In this document: positions 9,602 through 20,615 of the stretch, piece after piece | Layout of the letters: each line of letters opens with the position of its first letter | How positions within the stretch are numbered: position 1 is the first letter of the stretch | DNA from: an uncultured Nitrospiraceae bacterium | GTDB taxonomy: Bacteria; Nitrospirota; Thermodesulfovibrionia; Thermodesulfovibrionales; UBA6898 | Direction: 5' to 3' | DNA length: 64,000 nucleotides | Assembly: GCA_963811165.1 (NCBI GenBank) | Contig: CAWEQH010000004.1 | Span: 544,001 to 608,000 of the forward strand | Notes under the pieces: model-generated | Database searches by the model: none | Seen by the model: only the letters and a program-made list of their open reading frames with translations | What the model was told of the DNA's origin: nothing | Made by a program: the position numbers and the translations under genes

Positions 9602-11011
9602 ATGCTTAAAAGATCTATTGCAGTAATGTTCGTTTTTTTCCTGGCCACGGTTCTGTATGTCTCTGCTGTACATGCGGAAACAACCTTCACGTCCGGAGCG
9701 GCCTTCAGACTCCGTCAGGAGATCTGGGATGACGTCGTTACCTTGGACACCAGTAATACCGGGAGTGCGGCGGACAGAAACTTCTTCCGGCTAAGGACCC
9801 AGCTTTGGGCGAGGGCCGACTTCAACCCGAAATTCGGCGTATACGCCAGGCTCGTAAACGAGATGAAGTATTTTGACGGACCTTTCACTAACTTTAAGGC
9901 GAACAACGACACGCCTGTGCAGCCGGATCCCACAAGGTATGATCCGGACGAAGTCGTCATCGACAACCTGTATTTCGACGCGAAGGATGTCTTCGGTCTC
10001 CCTGTCGATGTGAGGATCGGGCGTCAGGATTTCCTCGGCCCGGATATGTACGGCGAGGGCTTTCTCCTTATGGACGGAACACCAGCTGACGGCTCAAGGA
10101 CCTTCTATTTTAACGCAGCAAAACTCAGGTGGAAGATCAACGGGAAAACCAGCCTGGATTTTGTCTATATCGACGACCCCAAGACGGATGTGTTCCTCCC
10201 TTCGATACACCCGTCGGTTGACGGGGGCCTGTATGTCGACAACAAGAAGCTCCTGACAGCTTCCCGGGAGCAGGCGTTTGTATTGTATGGAAGAAGCAAA
10301 GTAACGGATAATGTCAGCGTAGAGCCTTACTACATTTATAAAACAGAGCAGTCCTTCGGGACTATCCCGAAACTTAGACTCAACACCTTTGGCGCAAGGG
10401 CGGTAGCCGCGCTCAATGGGGGATGGAAGTTCGGCGGCGAGTTTGCCACCCAGTTCGGAGATTACAACTCGGGCGGTAAGTGGAACGACAGGACGGGCAA
10501 CGGCGGATACATCTTTGTAGGGCGCAAATATGAGAACGTCGGACTGAAGCCTGAGTTCGACCTGAGATATGTCTATCTCTCGGGAGACGACACCGGTACT
10601 ACCGACAAGAATGAAACGTTCGACCCGCTTTTTTCGAGGAACCCTTACTGGAATGAACTCTTGATCTATCCTCTTCTGAACGAAACAGCGAATTTCGGAG
10701 GGGGCGGGATTCCAGGGTACTGGACGAACATAGAAATACTGAAGGCATCGCTGACGCTTAACTTCAGCCCCCAGACCAGTCTTCTTCTTGCCTATCAGTA
10801 TTTATGGGCGCCGGAGAATTCGGGACTCACTACGGCCATGTTCGGGACGGGGAAGGAAAGAGGACACCTCCCTATGGCAATCCTTAGCCATAAGTTCTCG
10901 AAGAGCCTGGACGGGATGGCACAGCTTGAATACTTTATCCCGGGAAGTTATTATGCCTCCAGCGCCGATAATGCCACGTTCTTTAGGTTGCAGCTCCAGT
11001 ATAGGCTGTAA
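9602..11011 (+). CDS. Outer-membrane beta-barrel protein, alginate export (AlgE-like) family
   Basis: AGGAGG RBS, signal peptide, RLRQE/RLRTQL strands, DNLYF..RIGRQD, YLSGDD..FDPLF, C-terminal LQYRL. Confidence 0.8.
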   Translation: MLKRSIAVMFVFFLATVLYVSAVHAETTFTSGAAFRLRQEIWDDVVTLDTSNTGSAADRNFFRLRTQLWARADFNPKFGVYARLVNEMKYFDGPFTNFKANNDTPVQPDPTRYDPDEVVIDNLYFDAKDVFGLPVDVRIGRQDFLGPDMYGEGFLLMDGTPADGSRTFYFNAAKLRWKINGKTSLDFVYIDDPKTDVFLPSIHPSVDGGLYVDNKKLLTASREQAFVLYGRSKVTDNVSVEPYYIYKTEQSFGTIPKLRLNTFGARAVAALNGGWKFGGEFATQFGDYNSGGKWNDRTGNGGYIFVGRKYENVGLKPEFDLRYVYLSGDDTGTTDKNETFDPLFSRNPYWNELLIYPLLNETANFGGGGIPGYWTNIEILKASLTLNFSPQTSLLLAYQYLWAPENSGLTTAMFGTGKERGHLPMAILSHKFSKSLDGMAQLEYFIPGSYYASSADNATFFRLQLQYRL

Positions 11012-11042
11012 TTCTTCAGGATAAAGAAAGTCATCGATTCAT

Positions 11043-11074
11043 GCCCCGCCGGACAACCGGCGGGGTATTTTTTT
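11043..11074 (+). terminator. Rho-independent terminator
   Basis: gccccgccgg-acaa-ccggcggggt followed by a T run. Confidence 0.85.
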
Positions 11075-11104
11075 ATATTAAGGATCTCATAATTGAATTG
11101 ACAC

Positions 11105-11281
11105 TAGAACCTATCTCAAAATTAGTTTCTGTCCTTTTGTCGTCATTCCGGGCTTGACCCGGAATCCAGTGACTTTGCTGTTTTGTTATTAGAGACGAGG
11201 AGTTGCGAATTACTAATTTAGGAGATTAGAGCCGCTGGATGCCGGTTTCCACCGGCATGACTAATTTTGAGATAGGTTCTA
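11105..11281. mobile_element. MITE-like element, 177 bp, with 22-bp perfect terminal inverted repeats
   Basis: TAGAACCTATCTCAAAATTAGT ... ACTAATTTTGAGATAGGTTCTA; internal REP-like palindromes gtcattccgggcttgacccggaatccag and ctggatgccggtttccaccggcatgac; no ORF. Confidence 0.75.
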
Positions 11282-11287
11282 ATCAGA

Positions 11288-11362
11288 AAATCTCCCCTAA
11301 CCCCTCTTTTTCAAAGAGGGGCATAAATCCTCCCTTTGAAAAAGGGAGGGTAGGAGGGATTT
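11288..11362. repeat. REP-like double-palindrome element
   Basis: aaatctcccctaacccctctttttcaaagagggg ... cctccctttgaaaaagggagg ... ggagggattt. Confidence 0.7.
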
Positions 11363-11499
11363 CATAAATCAAAATCTACTCAATTTTGAGACAGTTAATA
11401 AGACCCTTTTCTTGACAGAACACTTGGCGAAAAGGAATACTCTGATGCCATAGGGTGAACGGTCCGGGCGGGACCGAAAAGAACAGACGGGGTGACGAT

Positions 11500-12879
11500 A
11501 TGAAGATACGGTTTTTGGGCGGGGCAAGGACGGTGACAGGTTCGTGTTTTGAGGTGACCGGTGGGAAAGAGAAGATACTGATAGATTGCGGGATGTATCA
11601 GGGACCGGACGCCGAAGAAGTGAATAAAAGAGAATTCGATTTCATACCCTCGGAGATCGACTGTCTTTTTCTGACGCATTCCCATCTGGACCACGTCGGC
11701 CTGGTGCCGAAGCTGGTGAAGGAGGGGTTCAGGGGAAAAATCATCACGACGTCGGCTGCCGCAGATATCGCTGAACTCATTATGTATGACTCGGCCCACA
11801 TACAGGAGTCCGATACCGAGTGGTACAACAGGAAGGCCCTGAGGTCGGGGATGGAGCCGAAAGAGCCTTTGTATGTCAGCCGGGATGTGGACAGGGTGCT
11901 GCCTCTCATTCAGAGGACGCACTATGGCGGAATCCAGGGCCTTGATGAAAATGTCAGATACCGGTTCGTCAATGCCGGGCACATTCTGGGGTCGTCGACA
12001 CTCGAGCTTTGGTGCCGCGACAGCGGCAGGGAAAGGAAGATGGTCTTTTCAGGAGATATCGGCAAGAAGGACAACCCGATAGTCGACGACCCGGTATTTG
12101 TAGAGGAGACGGACTATCTTACGATCGAGTCCACCTACGGAGACAGGAACCACAAGGGTATGCAGGAATCGATCGATGAACTGGTCAATGTCATAAGGAG
12201 CACTTTTAAGAGGGGCGGAAACGTGATCATCCCGTCCTTTGCCTTGGGAAGGACCCAGGACCTGCTTTTTATCCTGAACAAGCTCGTCAAAGAAGACAGG
12301 CTCTTTAGGATAAACGTATATATCGACAGCCCTCTTGCCGAGGGTATCACCAGGGTCTACGAAGCCCACAAGGAATACTTCGACGACGAGGCGAGGCTCC
12401 TTTTCAGCACGGAGAGCAGGGACGCCATCAGGATCCATTTTACGCGTAAGATGGAGGAATCCATGGCCCTTAACAGGGTCAAGAAAGAGGCGATCATCAT
12501 CGCCGGCTCAGGGATGTGCGACGGGGGCAGGGTGCGGCACCATCTAAAGCACAACCTCTGGCGCAGGGAATGCAGCATCGTGTTTGTCGGCTTCCAGGCA
12601 AATGGCACCCTGGGAAGGCAGATCGTCGATGGGGCCAAGGTGGTCGAGGTCCTTGGGGAAAATATCGTCGTCAGGGCGCAGATACATACATTGGGCGGGT
12701 TTTCCGCACATGCCGACCAGTCCGAACTGATAGGCTGGATATCGAAGTTTAAGAATTCGCCCGAGGTCTTTATCGTGCACGGCGAAGAGAAGGCTTCATT
12801 CGATTTTCAGAAACTCATAAACGAGAAGTTCAGGTATAAGACTCACGTGCCGGAAAGGGGAGAGGAATTCGAGATATAA
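11500..12879 (+). CDS. MBL-fold metallo-hydrolase with beta-CASP domain (RNA-processing type)
   Basis: GGARTVTGS, THSHLDHVG, NAGHILGS, ESTYG, SAHADQ, VHGE motifs. Confidence 0.92.
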   Translation: MKIRFLGGARTVTGSCFEVTGGKEKILIDCGMYQGPDAEEVNKREFDFIPSEIDCLFLTHSHLDHVGLVPKLVKEGFRGKIITTSAAADIAELIMYDSAHIQESDTEWYNRKALRSGMEPKEPLYVSRDVDRVLPLIQRTHYGGIQGLDENVRYRFVNAGHILGSSTLELWCRDSGRERKMVFSGDIGKKDNPIVDDPVFVEETDYLTIESTYGDRNHKGMQESIDELVNVIRSTFKRGGNVIIPSFALGRTQDLLFILNKLVKEDRLFRINVYIDSPLAEGITRVYEAHKEYFDDEARLLFSTESRDAIRIHFTRKMEESMALNRVKKEAIIIAGSGMCDGGRVRHHLKHNLWRRECSIVFVGFQANGTLGRQIVDGAKVVEVLGENIVVRAQIHTLGGFSAHADQSELIGWISKFKNSPEVFIVHGEEKASFDFQKLINEKFRYKTHVPERGEEFEI

Positions 12880-13040
12880 GGGTGACGGTGGGAAGTGCTA
12901 TTTTGAAAACATCAGGAGATATCGCCGAGTTTCTCTACAAATCTCTTGATATAGTCTCTCCGCATCACACGAAGCTTTTCCGTGTCTAAGTAAAGTTTCC
13001 ACGCTCTCAGTTCTCCTCTTCAAAAGTTCCCGCTCGCTCC

Positions 13041-13105
13041 TCATAACGCCCCCGGCCTTTGGCCAACCCCCTCTTAAGATAAGAGGGGGATAGGGGGAGT
13101 TATGA
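13041..13105. repeat. REP-like element, copy A
   Basis: tcataacgccccc...ccccctcttaagataagaggggg...gggggagttatga; reverse complement matches 42282-42364. Confidence 0.7.
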
Positions 13106-13471
13106 TACCCGGAGGCTGGGGAAGATTTTGTGAGAATTCCCTACCCGTAGCTGTAAAGTCTTACGTCATGCCGCATGGCCCGGAAAGCGATGGTAGGTCT
13201 TTTTCACTATTTCGATACTGCTTCGGAACGGAACGGCAGGCAACAATACTTCCTCCTACCAACAAATACCGCGTTGTATTGATTAATGAGTACGGCGGGG
13301 CTCAACACTTTATTCTTGACCGTGGGTCCAGTAAGGGAGTATAAAGGGATACTGCAGGAAGGCTATAGCCACCGCACAGTTTGGTCGTTATCTATACAAT
13401 CACAAATCAGTACTGGTTCCCGTATCTTCGTATTTCACTCATACACTCTTATATGATGACTGATACTGCAT

Positions 13472-13517
13472 TTGACAAAGCAAACAATACGTGATATTGA
13501 TTAGGAATCATTCCGAT
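13472..13517 (+). promoter_or_regulatory. Promoter (-35 TTGACA) with putative Fur/PerR-type operator
   Basis: TTGACA at 13472; palindrome TTAGGAAT-C-ATTCCGAT at 13501-13517 directly before the GTG start. Confidence 0.55.
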
Positions 13518-13518
13518 C

Positions 13519-13956
13519 GTGAATAAATATAAAAAGTCTTGTGATATTGAACAGACGCTAATTTCAAGTTTACAGGAGAAAGGATACAAACTTACTCCTC
13601 AAAGACGGGAAATTATCAGACTTATGTCACGTAGTAAATCACATCCCGGGGCAATGGAAATTTTAGAGAAAGTCAGAAAGATCGTTCCAAGAATAAGTAT
13701 GTCAACTGTATATTACACCCTTGACATGATGAAAAAGGAAGGCTTGATACGAGAGCTTGAATTTTACGATATGGAAAACCGTTACGAAATTAACGTATCG
13801 GATCATATTAACCTCGTCTGCACAAGGTGCCGAAAGATAACTGATTTTACGGGTAATGTGCCTTCATTCTCAAAGGCTGTAGAAAAAGAAACAGGTTTTA
13901 GGTCATCAGGTATGCGGTTTGAATATTACGGCATCTGCAGGAATTGCGCGGAGTGA
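13519..13956 (+). CDS. perR: Fur-family transcriptional regulator, probably PerR
   Basis: LTPQRREI, HP, SMSTVY, HINLVCTRC, YGICRNC; sits directly upstream of katG. Confidence 0.8.
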   Translation: MNKYKKSCDIEQTLISSLQEKGYKLTPQRREIIRLMSRSKSHPGAMEILEKVRKIVPRISMSTVYYTLDMMKKEGLIRELEFYDMENRYEINVSDHINLVCTRCRKITDFTGNVPSFSKAVEKETGFRSSGMRFEYYGICRNCAE

Positions 13957-13981
13957 GGGTCGCTGTTTTTTTATTTGATTG

Positions 13982-13998
13982 TTAGGAATGGGTCCTGA
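13982..13998. promoter_or_regulatory. Second putative PerR-type operator upstream of katG
   Basis: TTAGGAAT-G-GGTCCTGA, same left half-site as 13501. Confidence 0.45.
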
Positions 13999-14150
13999 TT
14001 AGATGATAAAGGAGCTGTATCCGTTACCTTGCAGGGTTCAATATTCTGTACCACGCTGCTTTGTAGCACATTATAAGAAAGGAGTAAAAACAACTGACAA
14101 AAACAGTTGATAGGTTGTTGGAATATCTGTCTCATCGAAAAATGGACTAG

Positions 14151-16403
<2,253 letters not shown>

Positions 16404-16455
16404 TCGTGGCATGAATTGCTTTACGAGCTCTTGACGGGACGGCAAGAAAACGGTC

Positions 16456-16512
16456 AGCAAACAAACGGTTCAGCGGCGGCGGTATGCCGTCCGCTGGACC
16501 GGAGCGTTACCG
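16456..16512 (+). other. Integron attC-like site (solitary)
   Basis: 57 bp agcAAAC...GTTaccg; arms cggttcagcgg-cggc / gccgtccgctggaccg pair with one extrahelical base. Confidence 0.5.
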
Positions 16513-16605
16513 CTGCATGTTTCTCATGTGAATCTTCAATAATTGCTTATTCTTATTTTTGCGGAGTTGTCGGCGAAATCTGCGGCGCGCCACTGCAGCA
16601 TGGGT

Positions 16606-17085
16606 TCAGAGCTGTATTATCTCCGCTGTCATCGGCGAAAGATCGGCGATGGCAACGGTAGATTTCCCATAAAGCCAGCTGCCTGCCTCTCCGGGGTTGA
16701 TTACCAGCGCCTTCTTCACCTTCCTGACGGCCGGTTTGTGTGTATGTCCATAAATAACGACGTCGTAATGGCCGCTTTCGGCAAGGGCATCGGCGATATG
16801 ATGCTCGTGTATTACTATTATCTTCCTGCCCCCCAACTCAAAGATATGGGGCTGATTAAAGACCCGTCCTTCGGACATCTTTTGCAGAAGGAGTTTGTCC
16901 CCGTCGTTGTTGCCGAAGATGCCGGTAAAGCCGCAGGTGAGGTCCTTCAATATCCGGAAGGTGAAGGGCGACGTAAAATCCCCTGCATGGACCACATGTT
17001 CGACCTTTCTTTCATTAAAGAGGTCGACCGCCCTTTTGACCTGGGGCATATTGTCGTGCGTGTCAGAAATGATGCCTATGACCAT
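16606..17085 (-). CDS. YfcE/MJ0936-family metallophosphoesterase
   Basis: ISDTHDN, HAGD, GNND, GHTH, NPG motifs. Confidence 0.92.
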   Translation of the reverse strand: MVIGIISDTHDNMPQVKRAVDLFNERKVEHVVHAGDFTSPFTFRILKDLTCGFTGIFGNNDGDKLLLQKMSEGRVFNQPHIFELGGRKIIVIHEHHIADALAESGHYDVVIYGHTHKPAVRKVKKALVINPGEAGSWLYGKSTVAIADLSPMTAEIIQL

Positions 17086-17104
17086 ATTCCCTTCCTATTC
17101 ATGA

Positions 17105-17620
17105 CTATAGGAAAAAAGCTCCTAGAGCGCCCGCCCCGAGAATGACAAAAGTTGGGTCCAGTTTTGTGAAAGTAATGACTGCAAAACTTATCACCGCAAT
17201 CCCCGCCGTGCGGATGTCGATGAGTGAAGCATTTCCCAAAGAGATGGCCACCGCCGCAAGAAGACCTATGACCGCGGCCTTTATCCCCTTAAAGCTCGAA
17301 CTGACGATAACCGACTCTTTGTATGCGTAATAGAATTTTGCGACCAGCGTCACGATAATAATGCACGGCAGGTAGGAACTTACCATCGCCATAATAGCGC
17401 CGGTCAGGCCATAAATCTTATATCCAATAAAGGCGTTCATCACCGTAAGGGGACCGGGAGTGACCTGCCCGATGGCGATGGCATCCAGAAATTCCTGGTT
17501 GGTCAGCCAGTGATATTTATCCACAAATTCACTCTGGAGCATAGGGAGCATTACGAAGCCTCCCCCTATCGTGAGGGCATTGATTACAAAGAGTATCCAG
17601 CAAAACTCAAGGAGAATCAT
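17105..17620 (-). CDS. Chromate transporter, short-chain CHR half
   Basis: TIGGG, FLDAIAIGQVTPGP motif. Confidence 0.88.
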   Translation of the reverse strand: MILLEFCWILFVINALTIGGGFVMLPMLQSEFVDKYHWLTNQEFLDAIAIGQVTPGPLTVMNAFIGYKIYGLTGAIMAMVSSYLPCIIIVTLVAKFYYAYKESVIVSSSFKGIKAAVIGLLAAVAISLGNASLIDIRTAGIAVISFAVITFTKLDPTFVILGAGALGAFFL

Positions 17621-18159
17621 TTTTTTCCCTCCCTGAAGAAAATAAAACCAAATATTCCGGCGGCAAGAATAAGGCCGATGGGATTAAGTTTTAAGACCGC
17701 CAGCGCAACAAGGGCAACAAGTGAGAACAAAAACGTCTTGTAATCTTTGAGGTTTTTCCTTGCCATCTTATAGATAATAGACACCAGCAGGCCTACTACC
17801 GCCGCCCCGACGCCCTTCATGACCGATTGAAGCAGTGCGTTGTCTTTGGTTTTTATATAAAAAACGGCCAACAAGATGGCAAAGACGGTCCCGGTAAACG
17901 CCTGTCCCGCAACAGTCGCAATGGCCCCCCTGATTTTCCTCAGCTTATAGCCGATGCAGATCCCGGTGTTTACGATCGGAGGACCTGGCGTCATCTGACC
18001 GATTGCGACGCTCTCGAGATATTCGTCGTGGGTAAGCCATTTACGTTTCTCCACCAATTCCTTTTCGAAGAAAGAGAGCATGGAGTAGACCCCGCCGAAT
18101 GCAAAGGTCCCCATCTTGAGAAAAACAAGGAAGATGCGCCTCAGCGAAACATTTTCCAT
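17617..18159 (-). CDS. Chromate transporter, short-chain CHR half
   Basis: FLKMGTFAFGG, VAIGQMTPGP motif; paired with the downstream half. Confidence 0.9.
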   Translation of the reverse strand: MENVSLRRIFLVFLKMGTFAFGGVYSMLSFFEKELVEKRKWLTHDEYLESVAIGQMTPGPPIVNTGICIGYKLRKIRGAIATVAGQAFTGTVFAILLAVFYIKTKDNALLQSVMKGVGAAVVGLLVSIIYKMARKNLKDYKTFLFSLVALVALAVLKLNPIGLILAAGIFGFIFFREGKK

Positions 18160-18373
18160 GCGGGGTCCTTTCAAAAAAGATCGTTTTGCTGCATAGAACA
18201 GACTTTTTTACCATATATGCTTTTGTTTTGGCAACGGGCCGGTTCTCAAAGAGGACTCTGGGAGGAAAAGCTTTCAGCGTGATAACTGATATAATGGAAA
18301 CAGAGAAGATAAGAGGCATGTCACTGATGAGTAGTATAATTTTATGAACCTATTTTACAAAGGGGATGAGGCT

Positions 18374-18685
18374 ATGATTATTAAAAGGGCAGTGAGCATT
18401 ATTATCATCCTGCTGTTCCCGTTTCTGACAGGTCTCAGCTATAGATCTGCGCGTATAAGTTTATGGGAGCGGATGTGCGAGGCCTGTCATGACGGTTCAA
18501 CCGTGCTAAACGGGAAGGTCGTCATGGATAAGGACCAGATGAAGGCGAAATACCACACCCTCGATGAGCTGGTCAATGCAGTGACCTGTGAAAGCCCGCC
18601 GTGCATGAATATTTTAAAGCATGACGAAAAGCTGGTGCGGAAGGTGGGGAAGGAGATCGGGATCAGGGAAGCTCCGAGGAAGTGA
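18374..18685 (+). CDS. Small exported monoheme c-type cytochrome (putative)
   Basis: N-terminal hydrophobic signal, CEACH heme-binding motif. Confidence 0.6.
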   Translation: MIIKRAVSIIIILLFPFLTGLSYRSARISLWERMCEACHDGSTVLNGKVVMDKDQMKAKYHTLDELVNAVTCESPPCMNILKHDEKLVRKVGKEIGIREAPRK

Positions 18686-18811
18686 GTCGGGGCCTCCGGC
18701 CGGATGCCTGTAATTAGGGTCCATGCTGATTTATCCTGTTGTATTTAAATAATTATTTGATATCTTAATTGAATTGATAAGAAAGATTAAATAGCAGGTC
18801 AACCTGCGGGT

Positions 18812-18820
18812 TGATATAAT
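18812..18820 (+). promoter_or_regulatory. Extended -10 promoter of the riboswitch transcript
   Basis: TGATATAAT about 20 nt before the aptamer. Confidence 0.6.
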
Positions 18821-18837
18821 ATTATTAGAAAAGACGA

Positions 18838-18920
18838 AGTCCCGACAAAGCCAAACCCTTCGAAAGGGGGGGACGGAAAGCGGCGGGTCTTTCTAAGAAG
18901 ATGGCCGAGCTGCCGAAGGA
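18838..18920 (+). ncRNA. c-di-GMP-I (GEMM-I) riboswitch
   Basis: GCCAAACC-cttcGAAAgggg-GGGACGGAAAG, then P3 gcggcgggtct...gatggccgagctGCCGAA. Confidence 0.88.
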
Positions 18921-18985
18921 ATAAAACGGCGGGCCCGGCCTTTTATTTTGGGTGAAGGCGCCCGCTTTTGAAAGGAGGCAATGTC

Positions 18986-19159
18986 ATGGTACTTGAACTA
19001 AATGACAGGGAAGAGGAGCTGTTGAAGCGTGCCCTTAATACGTTTGAGGAAGAGTTGAGAACCGTAATATTGAAAACAGACAAACGGGACCTGAGGGATG
19101 ATCTGCGCGGTGATGAGATCGTTGTAAAAAAGATGATCGAAAAGATCACCTGGCACTGA
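18986..19159 (+). CDS. Small hypothetical protein (57 aa)
   Basis: AGGAGG RBS; MVLELNDREEELLKRAL... helical and charged. Confidence 0.7.
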   Translation: MVLELNDREEELLKRALNTFEEELRTVILKTDKRDLRDDLRGDEIVVKKMIEKITWH

Positions 19160-19204
19160 AAGTCCGCTTACTTAAAATAATGGGACAACTGAGAGGAGGC
19201 CCAG

Positions 19205-19378
19205 ATGAAAACCTTATCCTGTAAAGATGTCGGGGTAGACTGCGGTTATCAGGCCCGCGGCAGGACTGTAAATGAGGTCCTGAAAAAAGTGACTGCACAT
19301 GCAAAGAAAGACCATAACATAAAGAAGGTCGGAAAGGATTATCTTGATTCGTGGCGTACGAAGGTCCATGATGCATAG
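19205..19378 (+). CDS. DUF1059-like small metal-binding protein (57 aa, not in ORF track)
   Basis: GGAGG RBS; MKTLSCKDVGVDCGYQARGRTVNEVLKKVTAHAKKDHNIKKVGKDYLDSWRTKVHDA, C-x6-C...H-x4-H pattern. Confidence 0.8.
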   Translation: MKTLSCKDVGVDCGYQARGRTVNEVLKKVTAHAKKDHNIKKVGKDYLDSWRTKVHDA

Positions 19379-19401
19379 GCAGGCGCCGGACGACGGGAAT
19401 T

Positions 19402-19441
19402 AACGGCATGAACAGAAAAAGGTGTCCATGCCGTTTTTGTT
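19402..19441 (+). terminator. Rho-independent terminator
   Basis: aacggcatg...catgccgtt followed by T-rich tail. Confidence 0.7.
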
Positions 19442-19582
19442 GCTCGCTAAATAGCTATTCCTTCCTTTTAACCGACCAGACAAACATTTAAATAATATAG
19501 AGAATGCTGGGGGAAAAGGCCGAGGAAAAGCCAAAGGAGATCTTGCAGAAAAAAGCAAAGAGGCTGGCGCATTAAGAAGACC

Positions 19583-20461
19583 CTATTTTTTTTCGAGAAG
19601 CTTCAGGAATTCGAGCGCCGGTCTTGAGAGGAACTTGTCTTTGAGGTAGACTACGCCCAAGTCCCTAGAGAAGTTCGCATCTTCTATCTTTGCCTTTACT
19701 ATTGCGCCCGATTTAATCTCCTGTTCCACGGCCTTATCAGGCAAAATCGATACCCCTAGTCCCGCCTTAACGAGTCCCTTGATCGTCTCGATATAGGCCA
19801 CCTCCATGGTGACGTTGGGGATGAGCTTCTTCTTCATAAAGGCGGCATCAATAGTATCTCTCGTGGTTGTTCCTGCTTCGGGCAGTATCATTGCATAAGT
19901 GGTTATGTCTTTCAATCTGACCTCTCTTAGTTTGGCAAGGGGATGGCCTTTGGGAAAAACAAGGGACATGGGGTCTTGCCATATGACCTTTGAGATGAGA
20001 TTGGCCGCTACCCGCGGCAGGGTGATGACCCCGATATCAACGAGGTTCTTACCCACCATCTCAAGGACCGTCTCCGATCTATGGCAGCGGAGCTTCAAGT
20101 CCACTTTCGGAAATGCGGTTATGTATCTTTTTAATATGCCGGGAAGCCGGTGGAGGCTTATGTGGTCGCTTGTGCCGATGACGAATTCCCCCGAACATTC
20201 TTCGGACAGGTCACGGACGGCCGTCTTTGCCTCCTCAAGCGACCGCAGTATCTTGTCTGCATGGACCAAAAGCACCTGACCGGTTTTCGTGAGGAAGACC
20301 TTCTTCCCTATCCGGTCGAACAGCTTTTCCCCGAGTTCGTCCTCAAGGGCACGCACCTGCTTGCTCACGGCCGGCTGGGTGATGAAGAGTTCTTCGGCCG
20401 CACGGCTTATACTCTTCGTCTCGGCGACTTTTCTGAAATAAACGAGCTGGTAAAAATTCAT
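19583..20461 (-). CDS. LysR-family transcriptional regulator
   Basis: SISRAAEELFITQPAVSKQVRALEDELGEKLFDR helix-turn-helix. Confidence 0.95.
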   Translation of the reverse strand: MNFYQLVYFRKVAETKSISRAAEELFITQPAVSKQVRALEDELGEKLFDRIGKKVFLTKTGQVLLVHADKILRSLEEAKTAVRDLSEECSGEFVIGTSDHISLHRLPGILKRYITAFPKVDLKLRCHRSETVLEMVGKNLVDIGVITLPRVAANLISKVIWQDPMSLVFPKGHPLAKLREVRLKDITTYAMILPEAGTTTRDTIDAAFMKKKLIPNVTMEVAYIETIKGLVKAGLGVSILPDKAVEQEIKSGAIVKAKIEDANFSRDLGVVYLKDKFLSRPALEFLKLLEKK

Positions 20462-20615
20462 ACCAAAAGTTATGTATTATATGAAAATAATGAATTTGAA
20501 TAATGCATAATGATATGATAGATTCAATACATAAGTTAGTCAAGAAGGTCATGAAAGGGTACGTTGTAACGGGAAGAAACGTTCGTGTTAAAATTAGGTA
20601 TTGTGAGGTGCTGAT

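Noticed and set aside
12890..13440. Short ORF fragments between the MBL hydrolase and perR
   Set aside because: No RBS or recognisable motif; cannot support a gene call.
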